Shown here one piece after another: positions 18,546-27,142 of a stretch of 64,000 nucleotides of DNA. The stretch comes from a virus, in the IMG/VR virus record IMGVR_UViG_3300037468_000183, positions 40,081 through 104,080 of that record. The stretch is one strand, 5' to 3'. The translations under genes and the position numbers were made by a program. Each line of letters opens with the position of its first letter. Position 1 is the first letter of the stretch. The notes beneath the pieces were generated by a model, which did not search any database, had not been told where the DNA came from, and saw nothing but the letters and a program-made list of their open reading frames with translations.

Positions 18546-18800
18546 CTATTCGTCGGTCTTCCGTGGTCTTCCTCCGAGCTTGCCATTGGCGGCGCTGCTT
18601 TTGGCCTTGCGCTCGCTGCGGATGCTGCCTAGTGCAGCGGCGGCGGCGGATGTCGCACCGTAACTTATCACCTCGGCAAACAGGGCCTTGATTGTCGCTT
18701 CGTCTTTTACGGCAAAGCACTTGCTGGCCCAGGGCCAATATGCGTCATTGTATGCGGAGCACTTGGCGATCAGTTCATCAATGTTAAGGTCGGGTTTCAC
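18546..18800 (-). CDS. Small basic DNA-binding-like protein
   Basis: SAAAAALGS..SERKAKSSAANGKLGGRPRK tail. Confidence 0.65.
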   Translation of the reverse strand: MKPDLNIDELIAKCSAYNDAYWPWASKCFAVKDEATIKALFAEVISYGATSAAAAALGSIRSERKAKSSAANGKLGGRPRKTDE

Positions 18801-18824
18801 GACTTACCGCGCGATACCGGACGC

Positions 18825-18870
18825 CGCGTCACGTTGCCGCTTGACACGTGACGCGCATCGGATGTATGAT
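18825..18870 (+). promoter_or_regulatory. Promoter with an overlapping inverted-repeat operator
   Basis: TTGACA(18841)-18 bp-TATGAT(18865); CGCGTCACGT(18825)/ACGTGACGCG(18846) inverted repeat flanks the -35. Confidence 0.6.
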
Positions 18871-18874
18871 ACTC

Positions 18875-19106
18875 GCGATGCAGGCACAGACGCCCGCCGT
18901 GTGCGCGGGGCGCGTCAGGGGATGGGGCGCTCCGCCACACGCCTGCAACGCATACCACCGGAAACGCGGCGCTTTGGGCAGCGTCGCGCGACCGGCGCAC
19001 CTGGAGCAGATGACGTGCCTTGAGAAAGCCACAGCAACGTCACGGATGCGTTTTCCCTCCTTGTTCCGTGTCCGAAGGTCGAGTGTGCGCAGACCTGTCT
19101 GCTCCA
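18875..19106 (+). ncRNA. Candidate structured ncRNA (multi-stem)
   Basis: Own promoter; nested stems TGCAGGC/GCCTGCA, CGCGGCGCT/AGCGTCGCG, TGGAGCAGA/TCTGCTCCA enclosing three hairpins. Confidence 0.5.
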
Positions 19107-19164
19107 TTGTTCTCACGGATTCCCTCAGTGCAGTGCTCTCCTGGTCTCGAGCCTAAATTGCTGC

Positions 19165-19193
19165 TTGACACGCACCATGTATCGTGCTATGCT
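19165..19193 (+). promoter_or_regulatory. Strong sigma70-type promoter for the EAD/membrane operon
   Basis: TTGACA-17 bp-TATGCT with extended -10 TG. Confidence 0.8.
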
Positions 19194-19219
19194 GAACATA
19201 ATACCAATCCACAATATGG

Positions 19220-19717
19220 ATGAAGATGAATGCCACCGAGCTACGCGCGTTTATTGCAGATCGCTACAACGACGATGAGCTGCGCGCGTTGGCGTTTGAT
19301 CTTGGCATTCCGTTTGAGGATTTAGGCGCACCAGATAGCGGCAAAACCGCACGCGTGCAAGCTCTCATCGAGTGGTGTAATCGTCATGGCCGCTACGCAG
19401 AACTGGAAACCACCGCTCGCCGCGCGCGTACATCCGCCACGGCAGCCCGGCCCGCGCCCGCGATGAATGACTGGGGGCCAGCCGGCATTGATCGCATGGT
19501 GCGTCACATGGATGAGCTACGCGAGGATGTGGCCGAGCTGGTGACGAAAGTCGAGCTCCAGAACCAGAGGCTCGCGATGCTGGAGAAGCACATTGATAGG
19601 ATCATCGAGCATCCGCGGTCAGTATCCTGGCAGACGTGGGCCGTGGCCATCATCGGTCTCGGAATGGCCGTGGCGCTGGTCTACAGCGTCGGACAGTTCT
19701 TGCTAGGCGGGCACTAA
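19220..19717 (+). CDS. EAD7-like (effector-associated, Death-like) domain + coiled coil + C-terminal TM
   Basis: LRAFIADRYNDDELRALAFDLGIPFEDL...GKTARVQALIEWCNRHGR..EL resembles the EAD7 pattern; C-terminal hydrophobic helix. Confidence 0.7.
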   Translation: MKMNATELRAFIADRYNDDELRALAFDLGIPFEDLGAPDSGKTARVQALIEWCNRHGRYAELETTARRARTSATAARPAPAMNDWGPAGIDRMVRHMDELREDVAELVTKVELQNQRLAMLEKHIDRIIEHPRSVSWQTWAVAIIGLGMAVALVYSVGQFLLGGH

Positions 19718-20157
19718 TGGCAGATTATCCGCGTGAGGGTGTCGTCATCCTGTACGCGCTGCTGACGGCGACGCAGATTTATCTCGCGTTGCTATGGGCG
19801 CTGGGCCGGCTGCGACCGCTCGGCGTCGTCTGGAATACGCTCACCTATCTCGTGCTGGCGCTGGCGTTTGGCTTGACGACGCTGGGCACGTTCAACCCAC
19901 CGCTCGTCAACCTGGTCGAGCAGCGCTGGCTGTTGCGGGCCTGTTATACGGCATACCTCGTCTTGTGCGTCTTCGCCATCCTGACACATTGGTTTTCGCT
20001 GTTTCGGCAGACGATGCGGCGCGACGCGGAGGACGCCCGACGCATTGCTGAGGCACGGCAGATCGTGGCGGAGGATCGGCGGCGCATAGCGGAGGATGCG
20101 CGCACCGCTGAGCAGGATGCACGCAAGCATCCAGCGGATTCTCCGCCAGCATCCTGA
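19717..20157 (+). CDS. Multi-TM membrane protein with charged tail (holin-like)
   Basis: About three TM helices, then AEDARRIAE repeats; TAATG coupling. Confidence 0.6.
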   Translation: MADYPREGVVILYALLTATQIYLALLWALGRLRPLGVVWNTLTYLVLALAFGLTTLGTFNPPLVNLVEQRWLLRACYTAYLVLCVFAILTHWFSLFRQTMRRDAEDARRIAEARQIVAEDRRRIAEDARTAEQDARKHPADSPPAS

Positions 20158-20277
20158 TGTGTGGCAGATGGCGCGCTGAACCTCCATCAGCCTGGCAGCG
20201 CCACCGGGGTTTGACATTGGCTGCGGAAGGTCGAGCGCGCAGACCTGTCTGCCACACGACATAACGGAGGCGACATA

Positions 20278-20535
20278 ATGACAGCAACCGGCGACAAGAC
20301 GGCCGTATACGAGATCCCGGAGGCGCGCGAGATCGAGCCGATCCCATCGCAGCAACAGGCTCCGCATCTCTACGATTGGGCGACTCTCGCGCTGGCGATT
20401 GCCGGTATCATCGCGATCCTGGGTATGTTCGTGCTCTCGTTGCTTGGCAAGCCTGTGCCCGAGGGCATCGGCACGCTCGGCGGTGTGGCGCTTGGCGCGC
20501 TCGCGGGCATGGTGGCAGTCAGTCGCAAGCCGTAG
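20278..20535 (+). CDS. Two-TM holin-like membrane protein
   Basis: GGAGG RBS; two TMs separated by GKPVPEG; basic C-terminus. Confidence 0.55.
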   Translation: MTATGDKTAVYEIPEAREIEPIPSQQQAPHLYDWATLALAIAGIIAILGMFVLSLLGKPVPEGIGTLGGVALGALAGMVAVSRKP

Positions 20536-20549
20536 GGTTTTGAGGCAGT

Positions 20550-20825
20550 CGGATGGTGAGGGCGGGAGTAAGCGTGCCTACCCGTATTCACGGACAGGCA
20601 CAGCAGAAACGAGTCGGACGGAGCCGGGTTGGTCGTTTCGCATCCGTAGGTCAGACGTGTCCAGGCGCAGCTTTACCACTTCCTACGGGCCTACTCTCTT
20701 GCGAGACTGCGGCGGTTTGCGGATGATCTGGATGGGCGAAGGTCACGCCGTTACCCGAAGGCCCAGGATAGGCAATCCCTGGTGTTGTGCTGCATATGGC
20801 GCTTGAATCGCCTACAGCATAGCAT
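20550..20825 (+). ncRNA. Candidate structured ncRNA upstream of packaging genes
   Basis: Six or more consecutive hairpins, with G-U pairs favouring the + strand. Confidence 0.5.
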
Positions 20826-20844
20826 GACTAGAACGGCAGAGGAT

Positions 20845-20982
20845 GACATTGAGCCGACACGTTACCGACAGTGAGCCGACATCTAGCCGACATTCCGATA
20901 GTAATGATAACCCGTCAAGAGGGATTGACAACGAACGATACAGCTTGCTGACATTCAGCCGACATTCAGCCGACATTCAGCC
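20845..20982. repeat. 11-bp periodic repeats GACAnnnAGCC (5 + 3 copies)
   Basis: gacattgagcc gacacgttacc gacagtgagcc gacatctagcc gacattccgat; then gacattcagcc x3 at 20950-20982. Confidence 0.9.
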
Positions 20983-21015
20983 AGCGGCAAAATCATAATG
21001 CGCAAAACTGGCCTA

Positions 21016-21044
21016 TTGCGTTTTCGCGCATCCGGGTGTATGCT
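21016..21044 (+). promoter_or_regulatory. Putative late/packaging operon promoter (near-leaderless transcript)
   Basis: TTGCGT-17 bp-TATGCT, 9 nt before ATG 21054; no SD. Confidence 0.5.
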
Positions 21045-21053
21045 TGTGACGCC

Positions 21054-22409
21054 ATGAATCTAAGCGAGTTTCGTCCCGCACGAGTCAACGCAAATCGCCA
21101 CACGGCGCGCGGCATCGGCGCGCTCGAAAAGAGCATCCAGTCAGACGGCTGGATCGGCGCGATGACCACCGCCGCCGATGGCGAGATGATCGCCGGCAGC
21201 GCCCGCATCGAGACGGCGGCGGGCGTGTTCGGCGTGGACGCGGAGCCGGTTGTCATCCACAGCGACGGCAAGCGGCCTATTGTTGTCATTCGCGATGACA
21301 TCCCGAACGCGTCAACGAAGGTCGCGCAACGGCTGGCGCTGGCGGACAATCGCATTCACCAGCTTGACCTGGACTTCGACGTGCAGGTGCTCACCAGCTT
21401 CGATGCCGACGTGCTGGAAGGCTTGTGGACGGGCGACGAAATCAGCGACATGGGCCAGCAGTGGGCGGATGAGCAGAGCCGCAACGCCGAAGACCCCGGC
21501 GCGCAAGTGGACAAGGCGGAGGAACTGCAAGCCAAGTGGCACGTGCAACCCGGCGACCTGTGGGCGATGGGTGACCACCGTCTGCTGTGCGGAGATTGTC
21601 GGGAGCCTGCATCCTGGGTGCGCTTGCTTGCGGGCGTCAAGGCCAATGGCGTTTTCACATCCCCGCCTTATGCCGAGCAGCGCAAGGAGCAATACGGCGG
21701 GACACCAGCCGCCGAATACGTGGCATGGTGGGAAGCGGTGCAGGCCAACGTCAAGGCGCATCTCGCGCCCGATGGTTCGTTCTTCGTGAACATCAAGCCG
21801 CACTGCGCAGACGGCGAGCGTGTGCTGTACGTGTTTGATCTGGTGCTGGCGATGAAGCGGGAGTGGGGCTGGCGTTTCGTGGATGAGTTGTGTTGGACAA
21901 ACCGGGGATTCCCTGGCGAGCCGCAAGACAGATTCCAGAACGCTTTTGAGCCGGTATATCACTTTTCGGATGGAAAAATCAAGTTTCGCCCAAAGGCCGT
22001 TTGGCATTCAAGCGATTCGGTTCCCGTACACAAGGCGGGGCAGAACTTCAGGCAATCCAATCGAGGAAACGGCTTTGAGAGTCCAGACGTAGAAAGCGGG
22101 ATGGCCTACCCTCGCAATGTCCTGGATATCCCAAATGGCAATGGCGGAGATTCGCGACACGCTGCCGCCTTTCCAGTCGCGTTGCCTGACTTCTTCGTGC
22201 GCGCCTACTCGGACGCCGGCGACGTGTGGCTTGATCCGTTCTGCGGCAGTGGCACGACGATTGTCGCCGCGCACAACAACAAGCGGCGGGGATTCGGAAT
22301 CGAGATGCTGCCGAAGTATTGCGCCGTGATCCTGGAACGCATCAGCGGCCTGGGGATTACGCCTGCACTGTTGAGCAATGGGGGAACTGTGGCCGATGGC
22401 GGGCGCTGA
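21054..22409 (+). CDS. ParB-like N-domain fused to N4/N6 DNA methyltransferase
   Basis: NANRH...IAGSAR...LALADN; HRLLCGD, FTSPPY, HAAAFP, DPFCGSGTT. Confidence 0.9.
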   Translation: MNLSEFRPARVNANRHTARGIGALEKSIQSDGWIGAMTTAADGEMIAGSARIETAAGVFGVDAEPVVIHSDGKRPIVVIRDDIPNASTKVAQRLALADNRIHQLDLDFDVQVLTSFDADVLEGLWTGDEISDMGQQWADEQSRNAEDPGAQVDKAEELQAKWHVQPGDLWAMGDHRLLCGDCREPASWVRLLAGVKANGVFTSPPYAEQRKEQYGGTPAAEYVAWWEAVQANVKAHLAPDGSFFVNIKPHCADGERVLYVFDLVLAMKREWGWRFVDELCWTNRGFPGEPQDRFQNAFEPVYHFSDGKIKFRPKAVWHSSDSVPVHKAGQNFRQSNRGNGFESPDVESGMAYPRNVLDIPNGNGGDSRHAAAFPVALPDFFVRAYSDAGDVWLDPFCGSGTTIVAAHNNKRRGFGIEMLPKYCAVILERISGLGITPALLSNGGTVADGGR

Positions 22410-22740
22410 AAACCTGAAGCCGTTTGTCAAAGGCGATCCGCGCATTAACCGCAAGGGCCGACCTCGCACCTTCGACGCGCTGCGCGAGCTTGCGCAACAG
22501 ATCGCGCATGAGACCGTCAAGGACAAGAGCGGCGATCCCGTCGTCGTCGAGGGCCACGCCGCGACGGTGACCGAGATCATCCTGCGCAAGTGGGCGGCCA
22601 GCAATGATCCCCGCTTGCAGATGGCGTTCGTGGAAGTCGCCTACGGCAAAGAGGCGCTCAAGGCCGAAATCAGCGGGGCCAATGGTGGCACGCTCGATAT
22701 CCATGTGATCTACGATGCCAAGCCAGAACAGACGGGTTGA
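22396..22740 (+). CDS. terS: Terminase small subunit
   Basis: ENLKPFVKGDPRINRKGRP; EISGANGG; directly upstream of TerL. Confidence 0.75.
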   Translation: MAGAENLKPFVKGDPRINRKGRPRTFDALRELAQQIAHETVKDKSGDPVVVEGHAATVTEIILRKWAASNDPRLQMAFVEVAYGKEALKAEISGANGGTLDIHVIYDAKPEQTG

Positions 22741-23959
22741 CGTGCATCTGCCGACGCCGCACCAGCGCCAGGCGGAGTTCATCGCGTCCGGCGTGCCGAG
22801 AAAATGTGTCCGGGCAGGCAGACGCGGCGGGAAAACGGTCGGCGTGTCTGTGCTGGCCGTCGAGCAATTCCTGGCCGGCAAGCGCATCCTATACGGCGCG
22901 CCGACGACTGAGCAGGTGGATCGCTTCTGGACGACCGTCACGCGCGCGCTGGCCGAGCCGATCGCGCGCAAGGTCTTCTACAAAAACGAGACCGAGCACG
23001 TCATCGAGCGCCTGGGCACGGAGCAGCGCATCCGGGCCAAAACGTGCTGGAACAGCAATACCCTGCGTGGCGATTACGCCGACGTTTTGATCCTGGACGA
23101 ATGGCAACTCATGGACGAAGCCGCCTGGGATGAGGTCGGCGCGCCGATGCTGCTCGATAACAACGGTGACGCGATCTTCATTTACACGCCGCCCAGCCTG
23201 CATTCTCGTAGCGTCTCGAAGGCGCGTGATCCGCAACATGCGGCGAAGATGTTCAAGCGGGCGCAAGGGGACACGTCCGGCAGATGGCAGACGTTCCACT
23301 TCACGAGTCGCGAGAATCCGCACATCTCGACGGCGGCGCTGGACGAAATCGCGCACGACATGACGGCCGTAGCCTATCGCATGGAGATCATGGCCGAAGA
23401 TGTGGACGAAGCGCCTGGCGCACTCTGGAAGCGCGAGCACCTCGACAGCGGGCGAGTGCTCCAAGCGCCCGAACTCAAGCGCGTCTTCGTGGGTGTCGAT
23501 CCTTCCGGCAGCGTCGGCGGCGATGCGACTGGCATTGTGACGGTGGGTGGCGTCGGCAATCAGCTTTTTGTGCTGGCCGATGACACGCTCAACGGCACGC
23601 CGCTAGAATGGGCGAAAGCTGCCGTGACTGCCTACTATCGCCACGGCGCTAACGGCATCGTGGCAGAGGCCAACTTTGGCGGTGACATGGTGCTCCAGAC
23701 GATTCGCACGGTAGACGCCAATGTACCGGTCAAGCTGGTCACGGCTTCCCGCTCGAAGCAAGTGCGCGCCGAGCCGGTAGCAGCGGTCTTCGAGCAACAG
23801 CGCGGCCATCTCGTCGGCACGTTTCCGGCGCTGGAAGACGAGCTTGTGCTGTGGACGCCCGGCGATGCGTCACCGAATCGACTCGACGCTATGGTCTGGG
23901 CGGCGACCGATTTGCTGAGCAGACGACATTATGACAAACCTGGCGCAGTGGGGTACTGA
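22715..23959 (+). CDS. terL: Terminase large subunit
   Basis: AGRRGGKT, LRG...LILDE, VGVDPS, EANFGG, SK.VRA, RLDAMVWA. Confidence 0.95.
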   Translation: MPSQNRRVDVHLPTPHQRQAEFIASGVPRKCVRAGRRGGKTVGVSVLAVEQFLAGKRILYGAPTTEQVDRFWTTVTRALAEPIARKVFYKNETEHVIERLGTEQRIRAKTCWNSNTLRGDYADVLILDEWQLMDEAAWDEVGAPMLLDNNGDAIFIYTPPSLHSRSVSKARDPQHAAKMFKRAQGDTSGRWQTFHFTSRENPHISTAALDEIAHDMTAVAYRMEIMAEDVDEAPGALWKREHLDSGRVLQAPELKRVFVGVDPSGSVGGDATGIVTVGGVGNQLFVLADDTLNGTPLEWAKAAVTAYYRHGANGIVAEANFGGDMVLQTIRTVDANVPVKLVTASRSKQVRAEPVAAVFEQQRGHLVGTFPALEDELVLWTPGDASPNRLDAMVWAATDLLSRRHYDKPGAVGY

Positions 23960-25464
23960 TGGCTGATGACGTGCGGCTGAGTTTCCTGTCATGGTTGGCG
24001 CAGCAGGACACCGAGCGCGAGCAGGGTTATCGCTTGTATCGCGAGTATTATGATGGCGACCACGATACGCAACTCACCGACCGGATGCGCAAGTACTTGC
24101 AAGTCAAATCGCACGTCGAGTTTCGCGCGAATTATTGTCCCATCGTCGTGGACGCGCTGGCGGAGCGTCTGAACATCACTGGCATAACGGCCGAGGATCA
24201 ATCGGCGGTGCTGTGGGGCTGGTGGACAGCGGGCCGCCTCGATGGCTTGCAGGTGGTCTTGCACACGGCGGCGCCACGCGACGGGGACGCTTATGTGCTC
24301 GTGGAATGGGACGCCGAAACCCTGACACCCAAGTTCTTCTTCGAGCCGGCTTTCGACGGCGGCGATGGCGTGCAGGTGGTTTATGACGACGCGACCAACA
24401 CGCCAAGCATGGCCATCAAGCGTTGGCGCGCCAAGTCGGGGCCGGGGGCGGGCTATCTGCGGCGCATCAACGTCTACTACCCGGATCGCGTCGAAAAGTA
24501 TGTGTCAAGCGACAAAGACCAGAGCGGCCAGTGGCAGAAATTCAAGGAGGACAACGAAGCTTGGCCGATGCCGTGGCTGCGCGCGGACGGGCGGCCGATG
24601 GGCATTCCGATTGTCCACTACAAGAACCGCGATCAAGGCACGAACTATGGGCAGTCCGAACTCAAGGACGTGCTGCCGCTCCAGAACGCGCTGAACAAAG
24701 CTGTCATCGACCTGCTGGCCGCGGCGGATACCACCGCCTTCCGCATTTATTGGATGCTTGGCGACGATCCGTCTGCCGTGTCCGTGTCACCCGGCTCATG
24801 GGTCTACAGCACCAAGCCGCCATCGGGCGACGACGCGGCCAGCCTAGGCTATTTCCCCGGCGAAGACCTTGCCAATCTGATCGGCCTCAAAGACTCGCTC
24901 GCGATTGAGATTGCGCGAGTATCCAGGACGCCGGTAAGCTACTTCCAGGTAAGCGGCCAACGGCCAGCCGAGGGCACGCTCAAACAGGAGGAGAGCGGTC
25001 TCGTCGGACGGGCACGTGCGCGCATGGTGTCATTCGGCAATGCCTGGGAGGACGCCTTCGGCATTGCGCGCAAGATGTGGAATGAATGGGGCGACGGCGA
25101 TCCGCTCGATGAAGCCGTGCCGATCACGATTGTTTGGAAGGATCCGGAAACGCGCAACGACAAGGCGCTGTTGGAAACGCTCAAAATCAAGGCTGATCTG
25201 GGCGTGCCGAAACAGCAGCTTTGGACAGAGATGGGCTACAGCGCCGACGAAATCGAGCATATGCAGGAGATGGTAGACGAGGAACAGTCCAGCCAGGCTG
25301 ACCTGGGCGAGACGTTGCTGAACGCCTTCGAGAAAGCGCCACGCATGGCGGCGACGGGCCAGATGCCGCCACAGATGCCGGCGCAGGCGACCGAGATTGC
25401 GCAGGCCGAGCCGGAAGATGAGATGGACGGTGATGGCGGCGGGGTGCCGAGTGATGCCCGATAA
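23959..25464 (+). CDS. Portal protein (SPP1 gp6-like)
   Basis: YYDGDH, NYCPIVVDALAERL, GQSEL...LQNALNK; position after TerL. Confidence 0.9.
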   Translation: MADDVRLSFLSWLAQQDTEREQGYRLYREYYDGDHDTQLTDRMRKYLQVKSHVEFRANYCPIVVDALAERLNITGITAEDQSAVLWGWWTAGRLDGLQVVLHTAAPRDGDAYVLVEWDAETLTPKFFFEPAFDGGDGVQVVYDDATNTPSMAIKRWRAKSGPGAGYLRRINVYYPDRVEKYVSSDKDQSGQWQKFKEDNEAWPMPWLRADGRPMGIPIVHYKNRDQGTNYGQSELKDVLPLQNALNKAVIDLLAAADTTAFRIYWMLGDDPSAVSVSPGSWVYSTKPPSGDDAASLGYFPGEDLANLIGLKDSLAIEIARVSRTPVSYFQVSGQRPAEGTLKQEESGLVGRARARMVSFGNAWEDAFGIARKMWNEWGDGDPLDEAVPITIVWKDPETRNDKALLETLKIKADLGVPKQQLWTEMGYSADEIEHMQEMVDEEQSSQADLGETLLNAFEKAPRMAATGQMPPQMPAQATEIAQAEPEDEMDGDGGGVPSDAR

Positions 25465-27142
25465 CGTCACGCTTCTCCAGGGCGACTGCCGCGACGTGCT
25501 GCGCGAGATGGCGCGTCAGAACGGCACAGGGCCGCGCTTCACGGCGCTTGTGACCGATCCGCCTGCGGGGATTTCGTTCATGGGAAAAGAGTGGGACAAC
25601 CCCAATGGCGTTTCCCGCACTGGTTCAGGCATCGGGCAGGAAGGCAAGGATGCCGATTATGACCGCTACGGCAAGGGTGCGATGCCCTACGGCTACAGCG
25701 GATCGAATGCCGGACGCAATATCACAGACCGAGAAGCCTTCATCGCAACCATGACCGAGATCGCCGCCCTCGCGCTCGACCTGTGTCTGCCCGGCGCTCA
25801 TGCGCTCGTGTGGGCGCTGCCACGCACGTCGCACTGGACGGCGACGGCCTGGGAGAATGGCGGGTGGGAAGTCAGGGACAGGATTCGGTACGCATCCTCG
25901 AAGGACGCCAAAGTTGCCGCATTTCTGGCATCGTTGACGGATGAGCAGCGCAAGGCGTTGGAGGTCATCTCTGACGATTCGGGAGTATCACATTGCTTCG
26001 GTTCTGGCTTCCCCAAGTCGCTCGACGTGAGCAAGGCACTCGACAAGGCCGCGGGCATGGAGCGGGAAGTGGTAGCGGGCCGAGGATGGCATCATTCAAC
26101 GGGGCGCGGGAATGGGATGGCGGGAAATGCCGATGAATCATGGCCTAAGCCATACGAGGCGGGAGATGCGGCACGAGGCGAACCTATCACCGCCCCTGCG
26201 ACCGCCCTGGCGCGCGAGTGGGCGGGCTACGGCTCGGCACTCAAGCCTGCCATCGAAGACTGGTGGCTGCTGCGCAAGCCGCTCGACGGGACGATCGCTG
26301 GCAATGCGGCAAAGCACGGCTGCGGGGCGTTGAATGTGGACGGATGCAGGGTGGAACTAGACGATGCTGCGAAGTCCATGCTTGGAAAGGCGAAACAGCG
26401 CACGAATAAGCCGAGCGGCAAAGGATTGCATCACGATCCTGATTCAACGGTTGAGCGCGAACGATTACAAGCCGAAATTGACACATTCAAAGCAAGCGGT
26501 CGCTTCCCCGCGCATCTCATCACAGACGGCAGCGAGGAGGTGACGGCGTGCTTTCCGTCACCGCATGGAGCTGGCTTCAAGAGGAATCCATATGCGGACG
26601 GCAAGGGAGAAACCGGCATTTATGGCGCTTATGGCGGCGAAGGTGTTGGCGGTGCGAGAATAGGCGACACCGGCTCTGCGGCCCGCTTCTTCGCCGTCTG
26701 CCCGCCGGATGCCGATGCGCCACGGCTCGCGTACATCCCGAAGGCGAGCCGGCGCGAGCGCGAGGCGGGGTGCGATGGGTTGGAGTTTCATGGACGAAAT
26801 GAGGTATACGGCGACGGATTCAACACGGCAACAAAGTGTGATCCGTCAATGCACACCACAGAAAGCGTAGAGGCGCGTCCGCAAGTGCGTAACGGACATC
26901 CCACGGTCAAGCCGCTTGCACTTTGCAGATATCTGCTCACCCTGCTGCGCCAGCCGACCGTCAACCTCGTGCTTGATCCATTCATGGGTTCCGGTTCGAC
27001 GGGCGTGGCGTGCGTGCAGCTTGGCATCCCGTTTGTGGGGATCGAACGCGATCCTGAGTATTTCGAGATCGCACGAAGGCGCATCGCACACGCGCAGGAG
27101 CAGATGGCGGCGCAACCGCTCGCGCAACTGGAACTGCTGTAA
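25454..27142 (+). CDS. DNA methyltransferase (beta class), DPPA variant
   Basis: QGDC, TDPPAGISFMGKEWD, GSGFPKS, LKPA.E, GRFPA, HPTVKP, DPFMGSGST. Confidence 0.85.
   Translation: MPDNVTLLQGDCRDVLREMARQNGTGPRFTALVTDPPAGISFMGKEWDNPNGVSRTGSGIGQEGKDADYDRYGKGAMPYGYSGSNAGRNITDREAFIATMTEIAALALDLCLPGAHALVWALPRTSHWTATAWENGGWEVRDRIRYASSKDAKVAAFLASLTDEQRKALEVISDDSGVSHCFGSGFPKSLDVSKALDKAAGMEREVVAGRGWHHSTGRGNGMAGNADESWPKPYEAGDAARGEPITAPATALAREWAGYGSALKPAIEDWWLLRKPLDGTIAGNAAKHGCGALNVDGCRVELDDAAKSMLGKAKQRTNKPSGKGLHHDPDSTVERERLQAEIDTFKASGRFPAHLITDGSEEVTACFPSPHGAGFKRNPYADGKGETGIYGAYGGEGVGGARIGDTGSAARFFAVCPPDADAPRLAYIPKASRREREAGCDGLEFHGRNEVYGDGFNTATKCDPSMHTTESVEARPQVRNGHPTVKPLALCRYLLTLLRQPTVNLVLDPFMGSGSTGVACVQLGIPFVGIERDPEYFEIARRRIAHAQEQMAAQPLAQLELL

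Noticed and set aside
20845-20982. CRISPR mini-array
   Set aside because: Units are 11 bp and contiguous with no unique spacers; no cas genes
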